IMG/VR virus record: IMGVR_UViG_3300027741_000001
Source: a virus
Length of the DNA stretch: 64,000 nt
Reading direction: 5' to 3' (one strand)
This document shows positions 48,734 through 59,132 of this stretch, piece after piece. How positions within the stretch are numbered: position 1 is the first letter of the stretch; each line of letters begins with the position of its first letter. Made by a program: the position numbers and the translations under genes. Under the pieces are notes generated by a model. It searched no databases and had not been told where the DNA came from. It saw nothing but the letters and a program-made list of their open reading frames with translations.

Positions 48734-48860
48734 AAGATTTCCTTTCAGTTGTCGTATCTTGATTTTATAGAGTTGATCTTGTTTTTGTCAAGTTTTGATT
48801 TGAGGGTAGGTAGCCAACTATAACTACCTACCCTCGCCAAAAAGCTAGGGGACACAATGC

Positions 48861-49898
48861 CTAGATTTTGGCAGTCTTTACTTCCTCGCCATAAACCCTA
48901 GACAGAACTTCGGCAACGATAGGTCTATCCAATTCGGGTGCTGACGAGATTAGGTTGCTAACAGCCCACTTAGTTCCGAACACCTTTTCCAAATCCCTAA
49001 ACGCAAGTAGTTCTCGCATTTGAGGACACCAAGAAACTTCGCCAGACATAAACTTCTTAGCTAGATTTTGACTTGCTGTTGTGATAATGGCAGGGACACC
49101 CAACTTCTTAGCAAGAACCCAGTCAGTAGTGATTTCCACTTGTGCTGTAAATCGTGAGAGCAACGCCTCTGATAGAACAACACCGACAGCATTAGGGTTA
49201 GTAGCCCCGACAACATAAAATCCGTCTTTGGCTTTGATAGTGCCTCTTTCGGGATTTTGAGTAATTGGCAATTCTCGTCTGCCGTCCATTAGACCATAGA
49301 CAACTGATAGAACTTTCGGGTCAATAAGTCCGATCTCGTCAATAAATAAGACCTCACCTCGTTCAGCAGACTTGACTAATGCCCCGTCTATCCAGTCAAA
49401 AGAGCCACTAGGAGTTTGGACATAGCCACCTACCAAGTCAGAAACTTCGGTATCGCCAGAACCTAGAATTGTGTGAAGTTCCTCACCAAAAGTAGCCTCA
49501 ACGAGAGCAGTTTTTCCTGTTCCCGGACTGCCATAAAATAGTGCGAATTGGTTGATAGAACGGAGTTGTTTTAGAACAGCAGTATCTTTGTGTTCGCCCC
49601 AATTACGAGTGTAGTAAAGCTCACCATTAGGTCTTGCTAGTGCCTCGTCAGCAGATAGAGTTTCAGCCACTTTTTCTTTTACTTTCTTTTTAGTTGTTTC
49701 AGCAGACCCACGCATAGTAAGCCCACCAGATTTGGATAGGTTGTTTTTCATAGTTGTTGCGAAGTCAGCATTTACAGCTTGCGAGCCGACAGCGATCAGT
49801 AATTCAGGCAACTTAGAGGATAGACCCTCTAAATCGTTTATCCTTGTTAGTGCTGTTGTTTCTTGTTCGGATAATGTAGCACTTATGTTTATAGTCAT
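48861..49898 (-). CDS. MoxR/CobS/CbbQ-like AAA+ ATPase
   Basis: GSPGTGKT, FIDE, ATNP, ALLSRF; adjacent vWA partner. Confidence 0.9.
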   Translation of the reverse strand: MTINISATLSEQETTALTRINDLEGLSSKLPELLIAVGSQAVNADFATTMKNNLSKSGGLTMRGSAETTKKKVKEKVAETLSADEALARPNGELYYTRNWGEHKDTAVLKQLRSINQFALFYGSPGTGKTALVEATFGEELHTILGSGDTEVSDLVGGYVQTPSGSFDWIDGALVKSAERGEVLFIDEIGLIDPKVLSVVYGLMDGRRELPITQNPERGTIKAKDGFYVVGATNPNAVGVVLSEALLSRFTAQVEITTDWVLAKKLGVPAIITTASQNLAKKFMSGEVSWCPQMRELLAFRDLEKVFGTKWAVSNLISSAPELDRPIVAEVLSRVYGEEVKTAKI

Positions 49899-49930
49899 TT
49901 GTTTTGTGTCCTTTCGGGGTTGTAATAAGA

Positions 49931-50458
49931 CTATACAGCAGGGGTAGGGGTTAGGTCAAATAATTCGTCAGGAAATCCGAGAGCTTTACGAGAACGCATA
50001 ATTCTACGAATAAGAGCATTAGGAGTGTTCCAGTCCCTAGTGTCCTCTAAGTCCTCTTGTGAGAACTCAATGACAATAGGTTCTTTGTAAAGTTCCCATT
50101 TCTGATCAACGAGGCTATGGAAAGTTCTGTCCATAAATACAAGACCACCGACAGCATACTTCTTTGCTAAATCGTGATCTAGCGTTTCAGCAGAACCACC
50201 ATTAGCAGTTCTAGTTTCTTTTCTCTCATTTACAACTTTCCACTCTTGCGAGTAAGCTCGCCAAGGTCTGCGAGGTGAGTATGCCGATACTTGCCTACGC
50301 CAGATAGTAGAGGGAACATAAATAGGGGTAGTGCTGTCGTTCTTATCTACCGACATACTTTCAGGCGTGTAGATAACTTGTAGTGTGTGTCCGTCTTTGC
50401 GAAACTCTGTGTATAGGGCATAACCTACCGAGATGTTTGCTTTGTTTGTTTCAGCCAT
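49931..50458 (-). CDS. Hypothetical protein
   Basis: ORF track; own TTGACA promoter. Confidence 0.75.
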   Translation of the reverse strand: MAETNKANISVGYALYTEFRKDGHTLQVIYTPESMSVDKNDSTTPIYVPSTIWRRQVSAYSPRRPWRAYSQEWKVVNERKETRTANGGSAETLDHDLAKKYAVGGLVFMDRTFHSLVDQKWELYKEPIVIEFSQEDLEDTRDWNTPNALIRRIMRSRKALGFPDELFDLTPTPAV

Positions 50459-50545
50459 TTTTTGTGTCCTTTCAGGGTTGATTTCGGCTTACTTAGAAAG
50501 TCTAAGTCTTTTGTTAGAAGTTTGTCAAGTTTCTATAAAAGTTTT

Positions 50546-51061
50546 TTAGAAGTGGAAATCCACTAAAACTAGGAACTGATTTTCAGGGTTAGCGTCTATA
50601 CGCTTACGGAACTCCGACAAGTTGGTATCCCACATTTCCAGATCGTAAATAGCACTATCAGATACCCACTCACCATTTAGAAGTTCAGATAGTTTCTTAG
50701 CGTAATAGAGAGGCATACTTTCAGGAACAGACCAGTCTGCCTCGTGGTCGTAGTTGTGGCTGAACAAGATGTCCTGCTTGCCCTCGTTATAGAGCTTTTG
50801 TCTGTAATTGTCTATGTCTGCGTATCTGTGTTTTAGATAGATAGCAATAGCTTTTTCAGCAGTTTCAGGATCATCTGAATACCGGAGTGTGTCAAGCTCG
50901 GCTTTTTCGCCAAATACATTTTCACTTTCCCAGCGACCAGCGAAAGATACCTCTGAATTAGATGAAACTTCGTTCCAGTCAGACCACTTTGGTTCTCCGT
51001 CGCTGAACTTGTCGGCTACTATTCCTCTTGCCTGTTCGTGAGTGTCTGCCACAACTAGCAT
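50546..51061 (-). CDS. Phage hypothetical protein (C-terminal VDFHF)
   Basis: ORF track; true start may lie a few codons upstream. Confidence 0.75.
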   Translation of the reverse strand: MLVVADTHEQARGIVADKFSDGEPKWSDWNEVSSNSEVSFAGRWESENVFGEKAELDTLRYSDDPETAEKAIAIYLKHRYADIDNYRQKLYNEGKQDILFSHNYDHEADWSVPESMPLYYAKKLSELLNGEWVSDSAIYDLEMWDTNLSEFRKRIDANPENQFLVLVDFHF

Positions 51062-51358
51062 TATTTGTGAAGTGTGAATTTTAGTGTCCTTCCGTCTTTG
51101 TAGTTCTATTGTATAACTTTTATTTCTATTCCGTCAAGCTGTGGAGTGTATTTCCTTGATCCTCTAAGTATTGTCTCAGACTGACCCCTGCTGACCACCC
51201 CCTAGATGTCGGTTCAATAAAAACTATGTCGTTGGCAAATCCATTTTTGCCCCAACGCCACTCACCATTTATGTATTGTAGCTGTCCAGCATAGATGTAT
51301 CCGTTTAGTAGGTCTAGGTCTAGGATTAGTTGCGCTCTTTTTATTCCTGTTATAGCCA

Positions 51359-51574
51359 TTAGCCCCACCACTCGGCTAACGGATTATGAGTTCTCAATGC
51401 CTCTAAATACATCTCGTCGGTTTCAGGTGAAATGTAAAGTTGTATCTCTACCGGAAAAGTTGGTTTTCCTTGTATAAGCATTTGCCATTTACCATTTACA
51501 AATCCGTATTCCCTATGACGAATTCTGTATTCCAGTTCTATCTCGGTTTCTTTTCTTATGGTTGGTCGCATCAT
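51359..51574 (-). CDS. Small protein, paralog of the upstream neighbour (xGFVNGKW)
   Basis: GFVNGKW shared with the ORF ending at 51576; INGEW in the ORF ending at 51126. Confidence 0.65.
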   Translation of the reverse strand: MMRPTIRKETEIELEYRIRHREYGFVNGKWQMLIQGKPTFPVEIQLYISPETDEMYLEALRTHNPLAEWWG

Positions 51575-53574
51575 TTTAGAAATCTTCCGATAGAGGTCGG
51601 CAGTGCTTGTCTAGCCAATTTCTATAACGCACTTCATCAGCAGGATCCTCAACGATAGTAATTTCTATCCCAAAAAGAGGTCTGCGCTTGTGTATGTAGT
51701 GCCACTTACCATTTACAAATCCAAAGTTTGCTACGAGTGTGTGATACTCCAAGCTAGACGGTGTTTCATTTCTATTTCTTATATCCATACCTAAATGGTA
51801 CAGGTTATATAAAAGAAAATCAAGCCACAAAGCCGGGTGAAAGAACCGGTGAAACGCAACCGTCGCACAGCAGGAACTCAATGTCCTCGTCGCTGTCGTC
51901 GGTTGATAAAACGATCACGCAAGGATAGAAACCGTTAGGTGTATAGGCGATCGGTTCGTCGCAGTTTTCGCAGACCTCGAATACGCCGAACGTAGTTAGC
52001 CCAAACTCCTCGGCTTGGACAGCGTCGTGTTCGTTGTTCATAACGTGTAGCTCTATGTGTTGCATTTGGTCTCCGTTTCAGGTCTAATGCCATTTTACGG
52101 GACGTTCTTAATAGGTGATTTGGCTACTCCCAGTGTTCGAGACACTGCCTTTGTTCTTCCTCACTTTCGAAGATACGGATTACGTGAATACAAGGGTCTC
52201 CACCCTCGTCAAACTCGTTCTGTTCGGTTGCAGTCATAGGTGTTCCGTCGTGTGTGTTGCACACAACTTGTGGAATAATCCAGCCTTGTTTCTTTCCATA
52301 GTCCAGCCACTCGGCTAGGTCGGAGTTGCGTTCAGGGTCTTTTATAAAATCAGTCATAGCTTTACTTTACTTTCTCTAAACAGACAGTGCAAATTTTTTC
52401 TAGACAAAAACCCTCGTTGTCGGTGTTGCACTCATAGTTGCACTCAAGGCTTGATTTATGTAGATATCTTTTGAATTGATGTAGGCAGTCCAAGTCTCTG
52501 GTCAAGTCAAACTTGAACCCCATTGAACTTGCTCTAATGATGTCGGGAGTATTCATATGTATATCGTATCGGTTTAATTGAAAAAGTCAAGAAGAATTTT
52601 TGCCATCGGCTGTGGAGCTAACTTCTGATGAGTTTCGTTGGAAGTTTGAGGATGCGAAAGCTTCCAGGCGGCGGGAACTTCAAATGAGGTTCGTTGGAAG
52701 TTTTTGCCTGGAAAGCTACTTTCAGATTTATTCCCGGTTTGGCAAAAAAAAATCCCCGCTGTTTAGGCGGGGAATTTTTAGTCGAGTTCTGTCATATACC
52801 AATGTCGAAAAGCTATTGCTGTTCTTCTGTCTGCAGACGTCCATCGGTTTCTTATCCACTCGTCGTCAAACAACTCTGATGGTTTGTGAGGTTGTCTGAC
52901 TCTAGTGTTTGCGTCTTTTAGATAGTCAATGCAATAGTATGGCGATTTGTGTTGGAATGCTATCCACTCGCCCAAATGTTCAATGATGAAATATTGGCAT
53001 GTGTCGCAAACTTTTAGTTCCCACTGTTTGTCATTGCCTATACGCATTAGTTTTCCTCTTTGAAAATCCAATTGTTTTCAAAATCATGTCTGACATTTTC
53101 GTGGTCTTCGGCGCAACTAATGCACCACCACTCTCTATATCCGTTAGACACATAATCAACGCATTCGCTGGCTAGTCCGTCTCCACACCCCTCGCAAGTG
53201 AAGCAGTTTGACCCGTTCATACAGTCAGAACATTGATAATACTGTTTGTCTCCGGTTATAAACATTGAGGCTGCCCCGATGTTGGAGATTAGTTCGGGAC
53301 AGGAGTAGCATTGCTTACTCATCGTAGTAGCCTTCCTCGTCAGCCTCTTCGTCGAGGTCTTGACAACAACTCATACACAATCCGTGTTCGAGCATTTCTT
53401 CTGGGGTTTCAGTAGAGCAGTCTCTGCATGTGTTCTCGCAGTTTGTGCAGGCGGTTAGCTCGCCTAGTTCAGTAAAGATCATAGACGTCGGTTGCCATAT
53501 CAGGCACCTCGTGCATTTTAGATTTTCTTCCATATAAGTAAGTTATCACCTTATATAAAAGAATGCAAGTTTAT

Positions 53575-54357
53575 TTATGGAATTACTGTAAAAAAGTTTC
53601 CGGTCTCTAAAGCGAGACGTTCGAGGCTTGGAAAGTCTGGAATGCCGGTTACGCTGCTTCCGATGTATCCGATTCTTCGTTGGAAGTTTGCGAAGGCTGC
53701 AGTCGTTTTGTGGTCCCACTCTCCTCGCTTAGCTCCGCGCAAACCAACGGTCATACCGAGTGCAAGTTGGATAGTTGTTACGTACGGGTGCTTGAGTCCT
53801 GGAATGATGACTGAACTTTTAACGAACGGCTTCGTTGGAAGTTTACCTGGGTCCGGATCGCTCCTCTCCTCCTGCTTCGAAAATGTTCGTGAGAAGTTTG
53901 GCCGCGCGAAGGCAAGCACGTCGTAAACATATCGGTTTCGTCTGTAGACGCCATCATTGGCCTGGCTGCCTTTTGGAGTTCCGTTGGAGGTTTGAGCTTC
54001 GATCGTCTGAAACATCCCGTGCTTTAAAAAGTGCTCGACGTCAGTGACGATTCCTACGTGAGGCATACCCAGATCTCCTCCGTTGGAAAAGCTGAAGAAG
54101 ACAATGTCGCCTGTTTTTGGTCGAACGTGCGTCATCCCTCGTTGGAAGTAGTAGCTCAGAGCTGCAGCTGTGTGCACATGGGATGGCAAGTTCAAACGAA
54201 CGGTTCGTGCGATCACGTCGATGAAGCTGCCGTTCCAATCCTTGTCTGGGTACCCAACCAGTTCTCCGTACGTTGAACCTTTGTTCATACGTGCTTGATA
54301 CCCAACGTGGTTACCAGCTTCCCTAAGGAATGCTTCGCGGTTCGCTCTCGTCATCAA
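53575..54357 (-). CDS. CHAP-like cell-wall hydrolase with peptidoglycan-binding domain
   Basis: GDIVFF..HVGIV..TIE; C-terminal IQLAL...T..AFANFQRRIG; usual catalytic WC appears as WN. Confidence 0.75.
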   Translation of the reverse strand: MMTRANREAFLREAGNHVGYQARMNKGSTYGELVGYPDKDWNGSFIDVIARTVRLNLPSHVHTAAALSYYFQRGMTHVRPKTGDIVFFSFSNGGDLGMPHVGIVTDVEHFLKHGMFQTIEAQTSNGTPKGSQANDGVYRRNRYVYDVLAFARPNFSRTFSKQEERSDPDPGKLPTKPFVKSSVIIPGLKHPYVTTIQLALGMTVGLRGAKRGEWDHKTTAAFANFQRRIGYIGSSVTGIPDFPSLERLALETGNFFTVIP

Positions 54358-54529
54358 TCTCTCCGGTCGTTAGAAGTTTCTCCAGGGCCTGCAGCAGCAA
54401 AGCTGCTTCGTTGGCTCTGGCTGTAAGTCTTATATGTTCTAGTCTAGTGGACGCCTGGTTAACGTCTGCAGCAAGCTGGGATGCGAGTTCACGTGCGTTC
54501 GTTAGAAGTTGCGGATCCGAGCTATGCAT
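54323..54529 (-). CDS. Small helical hypothetical protein
   Basis: ORF track. Confidence 0.6.
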   Translation of the reverse strand: MHSSDPQLLTNARELASQLAADVNQASTRLEHIRLTARANEAALLLQALEKLLTTGEIDDESEPRSIP

Positions 54530-54534
54530 GTCGG

Positions 54535-55560
54535 TTAGTCCTCCTGGATTTCTGCGTCGATGACGTCTTCGTTGGAAGTTGTAGATCCGGCAGCGGGTGC
54601 AGCTGCAGCTTCCTGGTTCGGATCAACTTCGTTGGAAGTTACCAGGATGCCTGCCTCACTGAGCTTAGACGCAGCTTCAATTGCGTTCGTTGCAAGTCGG
54701 TTCAGACGTTCAGCAATGATGCTTGCGGCCGGACGAACATCTAATGAGATGTTGGTATCAATTTCCATTCCTCCACGTACTCCGGCTCGGTCAAGAATTT
54801 CGGTGGCGGCTTTAAGCTTTACCGGTTCACTCTCAGCGAACTCCATCATTTGTTCTAGAACGTCGACGGCGTAAGGAGCTGCCTGGAATAACTTCTGACG
54901 AGCTCGTTCGATGTCATCGCCTGGACGATGCTTCACTGACCTGAGGTGGATGCGGCAAAGTCCGTCATCTTGTAGACGTCCTGAAGACCAGAGCTGGCAG
55001 CGGATCCCATCATCCTTTACGTTGGAACATCTCGTTGGAAGTGCGGCCGGCTTTCTCTTTCCAGACGTAGGCGGGCTGGATTGTTCTTTTATATAAGCAC
55101 GGGTTGCGCCGATGACCCAAGGTGGGCAGATGTAGTCGGAAGCTTCTTCAGCGATGAGATCGAGGCCCGTTAGATAATCTGAGTTTTTGTTCGTTGGATC
55201 TGACAGGATGGGTTTCTTTTCAGCAAGAGAGAGGATACGTTTCTCGGTTGCCATTTCTGATGAGATAGCTTGGATCAATCCCGTTGGAACTCCGTTGGAT
55301 GCGTAGACCGGTATCCAGTTGAACTTCGCACGACGTAGGAGTTGTCGGTTTTCAAACGTATCTTCGCAGACGCCGCGGTCGCTCTCTTCAATGCCGAGGA
55401 GTGAAAGGTCTGGACGTAGGTTTAAAGGTTCATTGATTTCTATAATAGGAGCTTCGAGCTCTGGAGTTTCGAAAGGATCTGAAGGGATGGCCTTAACTTC
55501 CAATGGACGTTCATTAGAAGTTGAGGATCCGGATCCTAGATCCGAGCTATCGTCTGTCAT
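54535..55560 (-). CDS. Putative terminase small subunit-like protein
   Basis: C..DG.RC...LCRIH Zn motif, then ARQKL..AAP.AV..L...VKLKAATEILDRAG helical motif seen in TerS-like proteins. Confidence 0.55.
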   Translation of the reverse strand: MTDDSSDLGSGSSTSNERPLEVKAIPSDPFETPELEAPIIEINEPLNLRPDLSLLGIEESDRGVCEDTFENRQLLRRAKFNWIPVYASNGVPTGLIQAISSEMATEKRILSLAEKKPILSDPTNKNSDYLTGLDLIAEEASDYICPPWVIGATRAYIKEQSSPPTSGKRKPAALPTRCSNVKDDGIRCQLWSSGRLQDDGLCRIHLRSVKHRPGDDIERARQKLFQAAPYAVDVLEQMMEFAESEPVKLKAATEILDRAGVRGGMEIDTNISLDVRPAASIIAERLNRLATNAIEAASKLSEAGILVTSNEVDPNQEAAAAPAAGSTTSNEDVIDAEIQED

Positions 55561-55852
55561 ATGTTCCTTCGTTCGAAGTTTGGATCGGATGGAGTCAACC
55601 GGGGAGAGGCTCGTGACTCCACCCGACCTCTTTTGCGTTTGTTTTTGTAAACGCTAGTAAGGGGAGCCTCTTCCGCAACCTCTTTTATATAAGGTTGATA
55701 GTTCTCATTATGGGGGTAGTTTGAAAAGTTTTTTAGGCGTGAGGTGTGAGAACGCTACTCTTTCTGGTTTAGAAACAAAAAAATCCCCCCGAAACCATAA
55801 GGCTTGTAGGGGGGACTAAGTAAAGTTTTGAAGTTTTACTTTTTAAAATAAA

Positions 55853-56323
55853 CTACTTGGCAAATTTGCCTCTGCTGTCTTTTTTCTGTACCAAGGCTCT
55901 TTCACGAAGTTTTTGGTTTCTTTCTTCGTTTTTGTAGAAAGGCTCACGATATGAAAGCTCGGCCACTTCATCTCTGTGAACTAAATAGTATTTATCATTA
56001 CCTAGAACATAATACTTTTGTAGTCGTCCTTGATTGATGTGGTAATTTAATGCTCTTCGATTTAGGTAAAGCATTTCAGCAGCTTCATCCAAAGTAACCA
56101 AATCAGGGTGAACTTCTAAAACACGGTCTAGCCATTTAGACGCTAGCCGAGCTTCATTGAGATCGACCAGAAAGTTCCAACCATTTGGGTTTTGATATCT
56201 TTTTAGTCTGCCTTTTTTAATCCAGTAGTGAACCATACCGACAGTAACGTAAAGAGCTTTACCTGCTTCTTTTGCAGTTACCAACTCTACTTCTTTTTCT
56301 TGCAATTGCATATCTCCCAGCAT
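55853..56323 (-). CDS. Tandem excisionase/MerR-like HTH protein
   Basis: Two VTxxEA...L....I.xG.L repeats. Confidence 0.75.
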   Translation of the reverse strand: MLGDMQLQEKEVELVTAKEAGKALYVTVGMVHYWIKKGRLKRYQNPNGWNFLVDLNEARLASKWLDRVLEVHPDLVTLDEAAEMLYLNRRALNYHINQGRLQKYYVLGNDKYYLVHRDEVAELSYREPFYKNEERNQKLRERALVQKKDSRGKFAK

Positions 56324-56493
56324 TCTTGAGTTTTTTCTAGCCTAGCATTTCTGTCTGACAAAACTCTAATTCTGCGTTGTTCTTTTAAATCATCATCTAG
56401 TCCCCAAATAGTAGGGGGCCAAGTTTTAGGAGGTTCAGGTGGATCGATTATAAACCTTCCAACAGAATTTCTAAGCGGTTCACTAATGCTCAT
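56287..56493 (-). CDS. Small protein, tandem paralog of 56490-56771
   Basis: Shared R.SVGRFI and EKTQECW..CNCK. Confidence 0.65.
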   Translation of the reverse strand: MSISEPLRNSVGRFIIDPPEPPKTWPPTIWGLDDDLKEQRRIRVLSDRNARLEKTQECWEICNCKKKK

Positions 56494-56771
56494 TGGGTTC
56501 CTTTACTTTTTTCCTTGCAATTGCATTCTCCCCAACATTCTTGAGTTTTCTCCAATTCGGCGTTTCTCTCTAATAAATTTTGTATTTTATATCGTTCTCT
56601 TAAGGAATCGTTATGTTGAAAAATTACATCTAATGTTTCATCATCCATGCTTAAGGTGTAAGGCAGCGGTAGTCCTAATTCTGGGTCGGAAGGATATATA
56701 AACCTTCCAACAGAATCTCTAATCGGTTCACCATTTGCTTTTTTCAAAGGTTCATTGTTCTTTGGATTCAT
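56490..56771 (-). CDS. Small protein, tandem paralog of 56287-56493
   Basis: Shared R.SVGRFI and EKTQECW..CNCK. Confidence 0.65.
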   Translation of the reverse strand: MNPKNNEPLKKANGEPIRDSVGRFIYPSDPELGLPLPYTLSMDDETLDVIFQHNDSLRERYKIQNLLERNAELEKTQECWGECNCKEKSKGTQ

Positions 56772-56905
56772 CTACTTCTTCTTCTTCTTCTTCTTTCTTG
56801 CTGGGATGACATTTGGTGCAATCACAATACCAAATCTTGTCGTAATATTTAATTTCTGTTTTGCAGTTTTCGTGATGACCCGTGGCACAAAAACCGCACA
56901 TTGGT

Positions 56906-57388
56906 CTACTCGGGTTCTTCGCCCTCATTAAAATCCTCTGGTGTCGGGGGTTCTGGATATTCTTCTAGGTAGGATACAAATGCTTCGTAAAGCATATCCG
57001 GAGTTAATTCTGGAGTATCTTCGTCAATTTCTTCTTCGTACTCTTCCATAGCTGTTCGTTCGAACTCTAGATCATCTTCAAACTCTTTCTCTTCTCTAGA
57101 AAGTTCATTGTAGTAGTCATCTTCTTCGGCTTGACGATTTGACTCTTCTTGACTTTTTTCCATCCACTGATCAATAACTTTAATTAGCTCGCCCATTGTT
57201 AAATATTTTATAACCCCATTCCAATCTTCAGAGTTGCGTAAAGCTAGTCTAAGCAAGTCCACTGACATTTTCAATCGTTGCATATCAGCTGGCATACTTA
57301 ACACTCTCAAAACTTTAAGTCCGGGGAGTTCGTGCATTGGCATAACTTCCAATTCGATATCGGAAATCTCTAAAACTATATATTCCAT
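56906..57388 (-). CDS. Acidic hypothetical protein
   Basis: ORF track; TAA/ATG overlap. Confidence 0.7.
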   Translation of the reverse strand: MEYIVLEISDIELEVMPMHELPGLKVLRVLSMPADMQRLKMSVDLLRLALRNSEDWNGVIKYLTMGELIKVIDQWMEKSQEESNRQAEEDDYYNELSREEKEFEDDLEFERTAMEEYEEEIDEDTPELTPDMLYEAFVSYLEEYPEPPTPEDFNEGEEPE

Positions 57389-57873
57389 TACAGACCTTTC
57401 GAAACAAGAGGGGTGATTTTAAGTTTTGGATCATTGGAGAAGGTTATACCCCAACCCTCGCATTGAGGGCAGTCTTCCGTATTCACCCTATGAACTATTC
57501 CGGTGCCTGTGCATTTAGGGCAAGTGATAAGTATCTCACCATTTAGATTTTCATATTCATAAACGCTTTCCAGCTCTATATCAGAAATCTCTAATTCAAC
57601 TATTTTTTCCATAATTTTCTGGATAACTTCATTGGCATTGAACTCGCTAATGGTATTCATGTATTGCTCAATCCAGACTTTAACAATTGTGCCTTTGGCA
57701 CTAATTGAATAAGTTGCTCTGCCAGTAACATCTTCTCTAACGCCGATGCTTTTGTAGATTACATCTCGAGCGATCTGAACTGCTTCATCTAGGTATTTAA
57801 CTTCTAAGTATTGACCTTGCTTTGTGTATCTGAACTCGGCGTAGGTCTGAACTATTGGTCTATCTATTGTCAT
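57388..57873 (-). CDS. Protein with DnaJ-type CxxCxGxG Zn finger
   Basis: CPKCTGTG, CPQCEGWG. Confidence 0.7.
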   Translation of the reverse strand: MTIDRPIVQTYAEFRYTKQGQYLEVKYLDEAVQIARDVIYKSIGVREDVTGRATYSISAKGTIVKVWIEQYMNTISEFNANEVIQKIMEKIVELEISDIELESVYEYENLNGEILITCPKCTGTGIVHRVNTEDCPQCEGWGITFSNDPKLKITPLVSKGL

Positions 57874-57897
57874 TATGTATTTATCCTATCGGTTATC

Positions 57898-58347
57898 TTA
57901 TCGGCAGTCAACACAAAGAAATGCGTTGTACCCGTGTTTACCATTTTGAGAGATCGCTACTGGACTAATTGGCTTTTCCACATCACATCTATCGCATTTA
58001 GGATCAATCAGCCACTTAATCTCTACTCCAAGAGATTTTGCCTTAGACATAGATTTACTCAAAGCGTGTGAAGTTCCTGATCCATTAGTTTTTCTCAAAA
58101 ACAGTCTTGTATCAGATACTTCCAAAACTAGACGAATCTGCTTACAATCGCAAGCCATCCTGGTTGGGTTACAAGCTACAACATCAGCATAAGTTGAATG
58201 TCTTGTATTTGGGTGTCCGCAGATACAGATCCGTCCATCACGTTCTCTAGTTCGAATAACTTCTTCTTCTGCAACTTGTAAAGCTTCTTCTTCCGAGAAA
58301 TCGAAAAAGCTCATTGCATCCTTATTTTCTTCCAATTTTATCTCCAA
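57898..58347 (-). CDS. Cys-rich Zn-binding protein
   Basis: CICGH, CDC, CDRC, CVDC. Confidence 0.7.
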   Translation of the reverse strand: MEIKLEENKDAMSFFDFSEEEALQVAEEEVIRTRERDGRICICGHPNTRHSTYADVVACNPTRMACDCKQIRLVLEVSDTRLFLRKTNGSGTSHALSKSMSKAKSLGVEIKWLIDPKCDRCDVEKPISPVAISQNGKHGYNAFLCVDCR

Positions 58348-58651
58348 TCGATAATTAAAAATGATACCTTACGAAACAACTATAACACAACTAAAAACCC
58401 ATTTATTGGTTTATTTCAACCTTTTTTTACTACGCGTATAGAGAAAAAATTCCGCATTAAGGGAAAATATAGTTGCAATAAACCATAAAGTGTATATTGG
58501 ATTAGTTATACTATCAACTTTTTTACAAAAACTTTTGTTTTTTCCGATAGTATCTCTACCATAGATACTATTCACTTTTTGCAATAACTTTTCAAAATAT
58601 CTGATAGTATCTTTTATAGTTGTACACAAGATCCCTCGAAAGGACCCCCCG

Positions 58652-59062
58652 ATGAGTTGTCGTGAAACACCAGATTTTGACGAATCCGAGGTCCTTATGT
58701 ACAAAAAATTACACAAAAAAGCTTCTGGAAACCCTTGGATATTCTCCACGTTTAAGGGTGACGAATATCCTCCAGACATCATTCTTTCGATAGTTTTAAG
58801 TGCGGCAGCTTGGCCGGTAATGATCTGGTATTGGACAAAATCATATCTTTGGCCTATTTTCTCAATTCTTCTATCTACGGCACTTTTGGCAATTTGCTTC
58901 AATTTAGGCTCTTTCTATCTTTATGTCTTAATTGGCTATTTCAGCGCATTATTCGGAATTACAAGCTGGCTCCTAATTGGCTTTGCTCACGGAACTACCC
59001 CAAAACACAGAGAAATGACCATAAAAGAGTGGTCAGACCATATTACTAAAGATTTAGATTAA
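58652..59062 (+). CDS. Membrane protein
   Basis: Three hydrophobic segments. Confidence 0.6.
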   Translation: MSCRETPDFDESEVLMYKKLHKKASGNPWIFSTFKGDEYPPDIILSIVLSAAAWPVMIWYWTKSYLWPIFSILLSTALLAICFNLGSFYLYVLIGYFSALFGITSWLLIGFAHGTTPKHREMTIKEWSDHITKDLD

Positions 59063-59132
59063 AAGGTCATAAACCCGATTCTGCGGTAAAATAGATTCGG
59101 GAGAGATACACCTCTATAGAGAGATATCTCAT

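Larger units (their letters stand above)
52634..55580 (-). repeat. Dispersed 13-bp word AACTTCYAACGAA, left arm (about 12 copies on the minus strand)
   Basis: TTCGTTRGAAGTT on + at 52634, 52690, 53676, 53831, 54498, 54568, 54628; near-matches at 54138, 54366, 55031, 55510, 55568. Confidence 0.8.

Noticed and set aside
58411-58902. 163-aa minus-strand ORF
   Set aside because: It overlaps a more plausible plus-strand membrane gene and the AT-rich repeat region.
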